Shown here: in pieces, positions 52,401 through 64,000 of the stretch | Layout: every line of letters starts with the position of its first letter | How positions within the stretch are numbered: position 1 is the first letter of the stretch | NCBI GenBank assembly: GCA_051294905.1 | Contig: CM119371.1 | Coordinates: 2,668,001 to 2,732,000, forward strand | Source of the DNA: Botryllus schlosseri | Taxonomy: Eukaryota | Reading direction: 5' to 3' | Length of the DNA: 64,000 bases | Program-made: the position numbers and the translations under genes | Notes under the pieces: model-generated | Databases searched by the model: none | The model's input: only the letters and a program-made list of their open reading frames with translations | Told to the model about the DNA's origin: nothing

Positions 52401-55400
52401 GCTGTGTAGATCTAATTCCAGTTCTAATCTAATTTGGAAAAAGCTGTGTAGCTCTAATTCTAATTCTAATCTAATTTGGAAAAAGCTGTGTAGCACTAAT
52501 TCCAGTTCTAATCTAATTTGGAAAAAGCTGTGTAGCTCTAATCCTAATTCTAATCTAATTTGAATAATAAACTGTGTAGTTCTAATTCTAGTTCTAATCT
52601 AATTAGGAAAAACCTGTGTAGCGCTAATTCCAGTTCTAATCTAATTTGGAAAAAGCTGTGTAGCTCTAATTCTAATGTCATTTGGAAACTTGTGTAGCGG
52701 TAATTCTAATATAATTTGAATAATAAACTGTAGCTCTAATTCTAGTTCTAATCTAATTTGGAAAAAGCTGTGTAGCTATAATTCTAGTTCTAATCTAATT
52801 TGAATAAAGCTTTGTAGCTGTAATTCGAATCCTATTTGGAAAAACTTGTGCAGCTTTAATTCTTATTCGAAAAAGCTGAAAATTTTCTAGTTGTCCAAGT
52901 CTAGTCGTTACGTTTCTGATGTCGAACTCATCAAGCGTAGATTTCACTGGCAACCGTGGCCCGTGGGTATACATGCTTTGTAATACTGAATTCTGCAGTA
53001 CGGTTTTTGTTTTGTAATGGTACCCCTGGTCTGCCCCTACCTGCTTTTGATTACGGAACATTGATAGTAGGCTACTCAAACATTCACTCTTGCTAGTGCG
53101 AGACAATACTGTTGTGTTTAAGAACTACAATTGGTCGTGTGTCGCAAGTCCAACAGCTTTCAAAAATGCTTCATGACGACTAAGTTTGGGTGCCACTGTA
53201 CTGAATGTCCTATCAAGTTAATCAATCGGAGAGTCGCAACGGGTCATTGTTATGGCCATTGTATTGCGGTACCCGATTGTTCTGAGCAATGCCCATATTT
53301 CAGACTTGGAGGACAGATTCTAGGTGGATCAGTGGCTGATCATTATTTTAATTTATATTTTCGTAATCGGTGCAACAGTAGCTTTCGATAAAGACCAGAT
53401 TCAGTAATTTCTGCGCTCGGGAAGATAGCTTTTGGATTGCCAGAAATCCTACAGTCGCTTACGCAAAACAATTCTCCACTCCAGCATCGGCGAAGCGGAA
53501 CGAAGCTGCAAAATCGGTCGTTGCCGTTCCATGTTTAATTTCTATAGGTGCAACATTGATTAGGCTCAACGAAATGAGCATGATACATATTTTCCATTTT
53601 CTGGTGACGCGTCATGTGTTCACTTTTTGACTATAACCACAGCAAAGGCAAACTGTCAAAACGTCAACGTGCCTAAGTCAAAAGACGTAACCAGACGAGA
53701 AAACTATAATGATGAGTTGACGTAGGACGTAGGCTATCAATAAAGGACCTGTTGATCTGCCGCAACCTAAAATCTCATCTTGGGGCTTCTTCGATACATG
53801 CACTATATTAACTGGTGTTCCTCATGACCACTGATCAGCATCATTACCCGTAGCGGATTCTTATCGCTGACCTTTCTTTACCAAAACGGGCAGGATTCGC
53901 AAGTCCAACGCTAGTCACACCTTTCCGCCTTACCCCAAATATCACATCCCGTGTCTCGTAACCATAGTCATATCATATTCGTAACCGAATCGATTGGAGC
54001 CAGCGAACGCGGGTTATGGTGGTCATGGGGAACATTGCTTGATACTATATGGTGCGGTTATGGAAGAAGTGCTGATGTGTCCTGTGTGCATCAGGGCTCT
54101 GGCTATCCATTTGAATTGAAATACGTTCAGTATACGAAGACCCCTGCAGCATTCCACTATAAATCCCACTATAACGGTATATGATACCAACTTGTCACGT
54201 TTGTGATATAAACATTGTTCCAAACTGCCTGACATCAATATACAATGATCTAATCTGATTTGCCAAGCTATACATCAGAAGAACGGTCGTTATCCTTCAA
54301 CAAACAGCACAACAGTCATCAGCACTGTTGACTTCAGCCTTCCCCCTAGCTGGCTTGGATATCTGTCTTAACAAAGCGCACGCTGGAGGGGAAATCCCCT
54401 CAAGTCACAGTTTTGAAACCGACTTCAGCCTGAGGGGTGTAGCTTAAGCCCGACGACGGGCCTAAGTCGACTATTTGAAACCCACCCTAAGTGTTGGAGG
54501 TTTGTCTAGGCTCCTCCTCGCCACTTCATCCGCTTAGCGTTGTCTTACAAAAAGCCTAGAAATGGAACATGCTATTAGTCGGCAGTTACGGGATAAAAAT
54601 AAAGAATATTTTCTGGTGTAAATGACCATGACCATAGTAGTAGACAAACACCATGAATACCTCAAACAAACAAACAAATGGCATATTGCGTTGAGTGATC
54701 GTTCGGAACAATGAACGATCACAGCTACTATCCTGGACTCAAAGCCCAAGACTCAGGTGACAATTGAATCACTCCGATACTTAATATGTGACAAGACCAC
54801 GCTCGCTTCTTCAGACGGATAATTCACACACAGCCTTGTGTTTAATCGAATTTTCTAATGTATTTATATTTTTTCACATGATTTTGCAAGTAGCTCGCAA
54901 GCGTCTTTCGTCGATAAGTACCTATTAAATGAATGTCGGCAATACAAGAAGTGATCGAACCGTTAGCGAAAATGACTGGCATCAACGTCAGTTCGTTGAA
55001 AGAGCTATGTATCATACTGCCAAAAAATAGAAAAATCTGACATAGTCAGGAAAAGTCTCAGTGCAAATATCACTGTAGTATAATTTTGTTTTGCGGGTTT
55101 TGTAATTCACAAATGACGAATACCGTTTTACTGCATTCTATCCGCCTTGAAATTGAATCAATAATGTTATCGGTAAACGTATTCAAGAGATAAATAAGAT
55201 CCTTCTGCAGTGAATCAAACGAACGCATCGAAATAATTATAGGCTACTGCGGTAACATATGTTTCATAACTATCCGTTTTACGGCTTTCGAAGTCTTGAA
55301 AGTAGCGGGAATACGATCACGAAAAACTATATTCTCCTGTGAGTCTCACCTTCATGAAGATTATCCGGCGTTTCGTCGTAAATAATGCCGCACACAAATC

Positions 55401-56792
55401 TGCGAACGACCGACCATCGCTCTTTTTGCAAGTGTTTAGAGTTGAAGCTCATGAACTTTGTACTCGTCATTTCGGCTACAAAGCCCGCTGCAAGGAATTC
55501 CTGGAGACTTTGATGGCAGAAGAAGAAATTGAAATTGCCATCTAACAGATTGCAACTGAGGAGGTTATTTCCTGGAACCTTCATCATGATATCTTGAACT
55601 TCTTCTTTTGAAAGTTTAAACTTCTTCAAATCATTTTCAGAGAATGTCACTCTCCCCTCTTTCATGCCACGATATGCCATCGCTTTCAATTTATTGATAA
55701 TCCCAGCAATAGCATCAGCCTTTCTAATGTTTCTCACACTACTTAGAGTGGATATAATTATTTTGTAGAGTCCTGTGACCGTTTCAGGAGGAGGCTCATT
55801 CGTATTCTTGGCCATGATAACTGCGGTTAAGACCAGAAAAACGGGAATGGAAACTAAATTGATCAGTCTTGGTGACATCGTTTCTATCCTCTCCCATGGG
55901 TCATCCCCATGCTGACGTAGCAGAAACACGAAAAGCTTCTTTGCATCATCTAGAGTTAGACCAGAAAGTGTCATGATGTTGGCAGGTCGAGCTTCCACTG
56001 GTAAATCCGAGACTTGGAATTCTCGGGAAGTGATGACGATCTTTGTATCACCGAGTAGATTACGTGAGAGGATATTGTACATGATCGTTGCTGCGTTGGC
56101 TGAAGTATAGTGATTTATTTTCTCGTCTCCATTGTTATTGATTTTCCACATGGCTTGATCCAAGCCGTCAAAAAATAAAACTGCTTTTGATTGATTTTGT
56201 AGCAACCACTGATATGCACGTTGCTCGTTGATTTCATCTGAAAAGAGGCCACCGAAGAGAAATTTTGATGGCTTGATGAATCCTATATCTTGCATGCCTT
56301 TTATTTCTATATACCGTATTAATTTATACTTGAGCTGAGACGGGCTTGCAATGGCGTCTGTATTCGTAAGTGAATGCCCTAAAGTTCTTCTTGCGATTCT
56401 GCGCACAAGAGTGGTTTTTCCAGATCCTGCGGATGCAACTATGGCGGTGATACAACTTTCCCCGTTGATAACTTGTTGCAAAACTTCATCTAGCTCGATG
56501 AATTTGTCGTCGTCAACTTTTTGTCGGAGGAATCCGAACTCCTTTCTGAATTGATTTTTCACAACCTCCTTCTTTTTCCAGAAGAATAATTTTCTTTTCA
56601 TCGCAACTTCCATTCCGTGCACCTCTTCATAATTGCCTTTAAAATATTCTGACCTCTTCACCAGCCTCATCTGGGGATGAACCTGGAAATCTGGTTGGCT
56701 GAGATCCTCATCGGCGAAGTCTTCAAGAATTTTATCAGCCGTCGTTCTTGACGAATTTTCGTTGATTGAATGGATCAAATCTAAACACGAGT
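49420..56792 (-). CDS. NLR (NACHT-LRR) innate-immune receptor gene, partial: exons 56792-55350 and 49724-49420
   Basis: Walker A ASAGSGKTT, Walker B LFFDGLDQ, sensor IVITSRE, IPVFL, winged-helix FCHQSLQEFLAA. The donor at 55350 and acceptor at 49724 join in phase 1 (HE-V-SNR). The second exon has ELYTAIYES and the LRR LKSLLLYECNI. The N-terminal exon was not identified. Confidence 0.88.
50720..52150 (+). mobile_element. Second, degraded CACTA/EnSpm element inside the NLR intron
   Basis: CACTGTAAAAATAAAGG terminus at 50720 with (a/g)ggtgga subterminal repeats; followed by a frameshifted homolog of accessory exon 1. Right end unresolved. Confidence 0.6.
51709..51935 (+). pseudogene. Frameshifted first exon of a SAMD3-like EnSpm accessory gene
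   Basis: MKLSVKLSNYCRLITVDDASEI/VVVSEIYEGELRERDFKIQCYDRRFGQYVDL aligns with MKLLVSYGDSKRVIRVDHQSEVPDVVRNVFHDEIGDNQFKMEYYDKTFDSYVDL (7357-7135). Confidence 0.7.
52239..52903. mobile_element. MITE carrying a 42-bp minisatellite
   Basis: Ends CAGACCTGGGCAACTAG / CTAGTTGTCCAAGTCTA; ~12 copies of TCTAATTCTAGTTCTAATCTAATTTGGAAAAAGCTGTGTAGC. Shorter relatives at 46709-46860, ~6516-6610, ~1590-1790 and ~24780-25280. TSD not clear. Confidence 0.75.
54466..54678 (+). mobile_element. 5'-truncated SINE copy
   Basis: Body and tail homologous to 13248-13455; tRNA head absent. Confidence 0.8.
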
Positions 56793-57117
56793 CTGGAAGA
56801 TAATATTGTTTTTGTAGTTATATTTTACTAATACAATATTAATAACTGGTATCAATCAAATTCTATCGTTACACTGATTCCGAAAATACAATTAGTAACT
56901 GTGTCAGAGCACCAGAACCCCACCAAAATCGCCAAGGAAGGTGTCATTCGGCTTTATTACAGACAATTCCGTCGCAGAGAAACAATGGTCAGGTGAGGCA
57001 CACACGAATCTGCCCCATGCACTATTAGCTAACAATTGGACAATCACAGCACAGTGAGACTATTGTGATTGTTCCATAGTGAAACGCACCATTGATTCCG
57101 GAATCCAATTAATTTCA

Positions 57118-57489
57118 AAACTACATGCATTGCAGTATAATTTATTAACTTGAAGGCTTTTCGTGTGCCCCTTATCAAGAGTTACCGCCAGAATAAGAAG
57201 CGTACAGAAAGAGAGTAAAACCATAACCAGATTGGAAAATATGACGTAACATTGCAATAATAAAAAGGATCGCCAAGTCAGCTGTACCGCTAGTCATAAT
57301 AAAGGAACAAGAGAAAATCGAATACAATACACACATACGTTGCACAGACAATTAGCGGTATATATTAATGGAATATTTAAAGATTGTATAGAAACTCTCT
57401 CTCATTCTTATTGTGTCGTTAACTCTTGATAAGGGGCACAGGAAAAGTCTTTGAGTTAATAAATTCTACTGCCCTGCTGAATGTAGTTC
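57118..57489. repeat. Inverted-repeat pair (~70-bp arms), MITE-like
   Basis: gtgccccttatcaagagtta / taactcttgataaggggcac, with extended imperfect arms. Confidence 0.6.
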
Positions 57490-57836
57490 TGAAAACACTA
57501 TTCAAGTTCAGTTGAAGTTGAAAGACCAGATGCTATGATCCCGTGACCTGATAGTTGTTATGACACCCTGCACTGGAATGTATAAAGACTTCGACGTTCA
57601 TTCAAGTCAACGTAGGCCTAATAAGGTAAATTATATGATTAGTTATAAATAATTTGCGTTTGTGGCCATGCAGTCTTCAGGTCTTCCCGTCAGGAATCGC
57701 GTAGTATGTAGCGAGATAGTTGAAGTACTTGAGTAGCCGAGCGCAAGTCAAGTCGATACCAAGATTGATTCAAGTCGAGTCGATTCACCAAAAATCCTTA
57801 CTCGAGTCATTACAGTATCCTAGTTTCGGCCCTCGA

Positions 57837-57994
57837 GCGGCATCGTCGGCATTGTCGGCAATGGCGGCATTGGCGACATTGGTGACATAGCCGACATTGG
57901 CGACATTGGTAACATTGCCGACATTGGTGACATTGGCGACATTGACAAAATAGATAGACGTCGACATTGGCGACATTGGTGACATTGGTGACAT
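57837..57994. repeat. 9-bp minisatellite (GACATTGGC/T)n
   Basis: About 15 degenerate 9-mers; these generate the MSP/NVA repeat ORFs in the ORF track. Confidence 0.9.
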
Positions 57995-60900
57995 GTACAA
58001 ATCAAAGACACCCCTTCCAGTACTATACAACCAAAATTATTGAGTATACACGGATACAATCTTCTTGAATACCACTGAAAAGTAGTGGGATACCGTTACT
58101 GATTACCTCTGGTCTAGTCATTAGAGCGGTCGATAAAGATATATTGAACTTGTTAATTGGGAGATGAATCGAATAAGTTTGGAAACACTGATCTAGATAG
58201 GAAGAGCATAGCTAAAATACAGTATTGATGATCAATATGTTGTCAGTACTAAGCCCAGTAAAGATATGATGATTAGGGTACGAAGTAATATTCATAGCGT
58301 GATTTTGTTGAAGCTTTCTGTCATATTGATTGTCACTGGGTGATTTCATATCAAATCAACCATTCAGTGGTCACACAATCTTGAAGACCTATCAATTTTA
58401 TATTGAATTCTTGCGATGGTTCCGGTCGTAAAACAGCTTAGCCAAATCACCTCATCTAAAGATAGAATAGAATAATCTCTGGAATCTGGCAATAAAATGA
58501 GCTCAAGGGTAGAATCTGCTTAGAACACGACTTTTAAAAAACAAGTCAACAACGTATAATTCAAATATTGTTAGTGTAATTCTGTCTACACAAATATTGG
58601 AAACGCTAGTTCCAAGAGGAACAAATCGACTACTTCTGACTACGATACACATTACTGTAACAACTCCAAATGTACCTTATATATTTACTGACATCTTATT
58701 TGCTAAGCATTCAGTGTGGATCAAGTGCAGAAAGCACCGTCATAGGGTGAACATGATACTTAATCCACATATTATAGGCTAGTGAGTTATTCACCGTATA
58801 GCCTTGGAATTCGGATACAAGTGAATCATGTATTTAAATAAGACGCAAGGTCGTCATAGCAAGAAAAAAAGATATCAAATTGAGAATATGACATTCTTGA
58901 CGTGGGCGCGAAACAGGTGATCCCGGAACCAGTCGAAAACAAAATGTGTGACGTACGAAATTGACGTCGCTCAAGAATTTCACAACTAATGAATAATTAC
59001 GTTATACAAAAACTAGGCGAATGTTTTATTGCTCTAGGCAAAATGCACGGTAAAATCATAATAAAACGACGCGTCAAGTGAATGTGAAGTATATTTAAAT
59101 GGAAGATGCTCAGAAAATAAACAAATTATAAGTGGATCTTGACACACATCCCTCGTATCCGGACAAATGATGAACAGTGATCTTGCCGTGAATACAATAG
59201 GAATCGCCGCAAGGATAATATTGCGACAGTAGCGACAAGGATGTATATTGCATATGGTTAATACATGAGTTCGGTTGAAGTTAGAATGGACGACGCTGAT
59301 TCAAGAAATTAATTTCTCAAGTCAATGTATCAGAACAGAAAATAATGCGGAGACGATGCGAACAACCGGGTGGGCGACGACTTAAAACAAGAGCGTTCTA
59401 TCACGACATGGATGGCGACATCGCGAATCAACTCGACCAACATTATGTAGGCCAGATTAAAGTTGGAGGAAGTCTCCGATAACTATGCCGACGAGTGTGT
59501 GAGTTCAAGTAATAAACATAATAGTGTGCGCACCGCAGTCCTCAATTAAAACGTAACTTAACCATATTTCATGTTGATCGGAGTTTTAAAATAAGGAGTC
59601 CATGGTTCGATAAGGTATTGTAATCGAAAATACAGCGGGAAACAATGTACTAATTAGGAAGTCCAGAGAATAAATAAAATTGGGATCACACGGCAACGTT
59701 ACTGAGAATTTGCATTAAATACTTAAAATGGTGGATTAATTACTCAATACTAGTCGATTATTATATTATCATCATTATTGAGGTAAGTAATTTCAAAAAC
59801 CTCGTGAAAGGACATATATTGGTAACTGAAAATGTTAATTATTGCGATTTTGATACCACACAAAATAGTTTCTATAAATATTGGATATGTGCACATTGTA
59901 TTTGACAAAAGATCGCGAAACTAACAGCTAACTTCAGATACGGTAAACGCGATTCGTAGGTGCGAAATACTAGATATTATTGAGATCATCGCCATAATTT
60001 CATATTGGCCGGATACCCCAGATTATAAAACGTGTTTAAAACAATTCAGTCAAGCTTTGCGCATATGGCACATAACCGCAGGTTATGAAATAGCGAATCC
60101 TAATTTCCTATCGCGGTCCTAGCTAGGAAGAAATGAATTCTGAAGTATACCTTTTTTCTATATTCTGTGTTGTTCAAATTGGATTTTATATAGCATGCCT
60201 TGCAGTTCCCAGTTATAACTACTTATTAATATATATCGGTGCATATACGAAATAAGTAGAAAATATACAAAAATATTTTATTATATATGCTTTTGGTGTG
60301 TCATGAAAATAAGTCATAAAAACAATAAAAAAATTAATATAGCTCGAAAACCCACGATAAAATGCAAAAAAAAAGATGTCGATTTTTATTAAAATTTTGC
60401 TGCGATATTAAAAAAACTGGTTTCAATTTTTGTTGATTTATCGACGAATTGCTTATGAGAATCATTTAATTAATGAAGTCTAGAACTAAAGATGAGCGAA
60501 TGCTTTGTATGTAATGCCGTGAAAGTGAATATTACGAATGAATGAAGAAGGCCAATCGAAATTTTCTTGTGGTTGCCTTCTGTTCTCACGTCAAGCAAAG
60601 CACGATGATTTTGTCATAACAATATATCGCTTTCACAGGCTCCGTACTTCGGTCTGTCTTGACAATATTTTACTTTATGTTGAGAGAAAGCGACAGACCT
60701 GCCGAATAGCAAAATTATCCGGTTTTAAATATACATTAAATCCGCACGGAACAAGTTCAAACTAATCAGATATTTGGCCGTAGTCGTGTAATAATACCTC
60801 ATGACCCCGCGTCACCCTGTGGTCAAAAACCAGTAATGAAGACGTAAGCGCCAGAAACACAAAAAAGGTTACTGAGTTGTATGATAATGAGTTATTGTAG

Positions 60901-63900
60901 CGGCACTGATAAACTCATTTATGTGTGTCTGAGGTTTATCGAAGTGACTATGGAGAGTTGAAATTTGTATACATGCATTTTAAGTCCAGCTAACTGGATT
61001 GACAAAAAAGGATGCCTTGATGTTTGAGGAACATGAACTCAAATACTATTTTACACAATACCGAAGAAACCATAAAGGCTTAGTGGTTGAAGAGTGTCAG
61101 AAGGTAAGTTTACAACGAAGGAGGCTCAGGCTACGATGCCGACTAGGAACTGATACAAGCCATTTCGGAAACAATATGTAGGCTATTATTCGTACAACTA
61201 GTTTACTAATATTGGTCCCATCGATAATAACCAAGTTATAAAAGTCACGACGGAATTGCCCTTACATTACGGTGTAGTGCGGTATTTCAGTTAAGAATCA
61301 AATTAATACCATGGAAACTTATTATTAATACAATGAATATGCATGCGATTTATTTTACTTATCAATAAAGGTCGAACATACAAGACACCTGTAGACGTAC
61401 GAAATGATAAAGCCAATGCATATGAGGAATCACATAAACTCCATGGTTACGTGATATATGGCTTGATGGGGATTAATAGGTGATAGGTATAAGATTGGAA
61501 TGTTAAATGCGGAAAGCCTCACCTATTTCACTTAATCTGTGGTAAAAATTATTGAAAAAAAAGTGCGAAGCCTGATAAGACCAAATTTCATCAAGTACGA
61601 AAATTGCATGTTTCCAAAGTCATTTTTAGTTTTGCAAAAATGTGATAAATATCAAAGATATTATATTATGATTGACGTGGTGTGACGACAATGGAAGTGG
61701 TGTGGTAGCTTTCCTTTCGAGATGATTCGGAAGATTACTGAAAGAATGTTGCTCAAACCGAAAGAATTGCAAACAAACTGGCCAATCTCGACATGATAGG
61801 TAAAGATGACGTTATCTGATGACAATAGATGTATTTGTGTATCTTTTTCGAAACTTGGAATGTTGATCACCAACAGCTATAATATATCGATATATATATA
61901 CGACACGTCCTGATTCGAAATCTTATTTCAATCTCAGGGTGAGCGGCATAAAGCATAATCGATTTGAAATCAAAATATTTATTTGCTAAAGGCGAATGTG
62001 GAAGGCTAAGATATATGAAGAAAGTTTCGGAGCATAATTATATAATGATGAGGATATTACAATTGTCTCGAGTTGTCCAATGAAATGGGTAGCCTACATT
62101 ACTTATTGCGGATCAGGGAGTACTTGTCTTGGATCTAGAGACCTTGATTCAAATTTGGTTCGAGTATGAGTACATAACTAATATTGTCCAAGGCTACATA
62201 AAACGATTTGATCTATTATAGTGAATATAGATACGTCGGACACTAATGTGAATAGGGTACCCAACCAAACATTGGAGACATGTTTGAAAATGAATTTTCC
62301 AAATGAATTAGATGTATGTTTGAATTTCAATCCAAGAGCTAGTCCTGGCTTGATTTTCAATTAAGGAAACATGTCCCGGGGTATCCAAAAATGTCATAAA
62401 ATAAGTTAATAACTGTTTCTAGTGAATGATGCCTTATTATCAATAGTTTCTTTAAAGTACACTTATCTGTTTTACGAAACAGATTTGTCGAAAATTGAAT
62501 GATGATACGAAGGGTTCACGCATTCGTCACGACGCTAAACTGTCAGTTTATGCTCGATCAGTATGATAGAAGTATCCGCAAGTTTACTATTATGTTATTG
62601 AACAAACTATGACATCATTTTATGTTTCGAAATATGTGCGCTTCGCAATGGGTAATTTGAACTTTTATCGCGTATAATATCCTTTGTTTAGAAATTTTGT
62701 TCGCAAATAACAGTTATAGTACGAATTCTAACGTATGTTGCATGCAACAGCTGCGCCAACACGGCAGGCTACGCTTTAATTAGTTCATGTTTAACTACAT
62801 TTAGTAATACGTTGGCAAATCTATCGTCAGAAAAATGCGCCACTATTTTAAGTTTTCGTGTTTGCGAATCTTTTGCAAATTGATGGATTTTTAATTGTAC
62901 GTATAATATGTTATATTGTATGGTATCCACATGAATTATGCACTCAGTTGTGGTGGTCAAAACACCACTGAAATGAACTATCAACACAAAGTACCGAAAG
63001 ACATAGCCATTAACAGACTCGAGCACCAGAACTGAAAACTGACCATTGATGGGCATTGAATGAGTATCACACGTTAGGATATAAATGGTTGAAATTTGGG
63101 TGTCCGCCCATATGGCACTTAATCATATTGATTAAATCGGCCGCTTGCACCAGGAGCAAAGCATACAGAATGCAACATCGCGATAAATTGCGCCGGAATC
63201 GCTCAACAAAGCCGATGAACCGACGACGGAACGAATCAGAACAATATTTCGGAAGATATTGCATTGGAAGTCGCGGAACTCGAGACGAAACCATGTTTAC
63301 TGTCGAACTTGCCTATACGAGGAGAAGCGAAAGTACTTGATAAATCTAAGAAGCGACATACGCGAATGTGGAATCGATGCCTCAACTGCAATTGCGAGTA
63401 ATCAAAAATATATGGAAGGCTGAAAGACTCTGATCTGTGAGGTGACGATATGCAAATTAGTCAGAATGAACGCTGAGTGTTTTGAGAACAATAAGTAATC
63501 AATAGAGTTACGTGATCATGATTTGAAGGCAGAAATGTGGATGTGACAATTGACTTCCGGGTTATGAATATATTTGTAAATGTATGCCTCTATTGCTAGT
63601 TATGTGAGCAAGTATTGTTAATAATTGCTGCAGTTTTTGTATTGCTACGCCAAAATTGTCTCGGATGAGGACGAATGTCGTCATGTTTTAAAATAATCTT
63701 GTTGGCATTTCAACACATCGGCACCTGACATGCCCTCAGGCTAGTTAGTAGATGCGTCGGAAATGAAATAAAACGTTGGACTAAAACGAAAGTAATATGT
63801 ACAGAGTAGAGTTATGTGATAGTAACCATTGGAAATAATTGGGGGAGGTAGAATAAAACAGATTACCCAAATTAGCTCCCTAAATAACAAAAGAACAAAA

Positions 63901-64000
63901 CACTAATGTCATGTTAATTTTAAAATTTAGAACCTTTTTAGTCATGTTGTTAAGCATAATGAATTGTCATGTGTTAATTTTATTGCAGTATCGATTGTTT

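Noticed and set aside
52266..52860. CRISPR-like array or repeat-protein ORFs
   Set aside because: Head-to-tail units without unique spacers, no cas genes, eukaryotic context; the ORFs are translations of the minisatellite.
58100..64000. Coding-like patches (e.g. 60880-61140, 61660-61870, 63060-63450)
   Set aside because: Short, stop-interrupted, with no recognisable motifs or consistent splice structure; cannot be called without a homology search.

Overview
AT-rich, intron-containing animal (invertebrate-type) genomic DNA, dense with transposons; not prokaryotic. (1) 2052-~9900: a minus-strand CACTA/CMC-EnSpm element. It has an intact intronless zinc-finger DDE transposase (7502-9841) and a 9-exon SAMD3-like accessory gene (2800-7357) with one premature stop. 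(2) Head-to-head with the transposase, 327 bp away, is an intronless ~229-aa ORF (10168-10857): a coiled-coil followed by a domain that aligns by eye to the MDM2 p53-binding (SWIB/MDM2) domain, with no RING. This possible transposon-linked p53 decoy is the most interesting observation; it is unproven that the ORF lies inside the element. (3) A minus-strand NLR (NACHT-LRR) gene with a large NACHT exon (55350-56792), a phase-compatible next exon, and LRR-like exons scattered down to 28637. (4) A GC-rich, 5'-truncated RTE-type LINE with a 10-bp TSD, nested in a foldback element. (5) Many MITEs and foldbacks with readable TIRs/TSDs, a tRNA-derived SINE family, and MITE-borne minisatellites. All protein-family assignments are from motif recognition by eye; no database searches were run.
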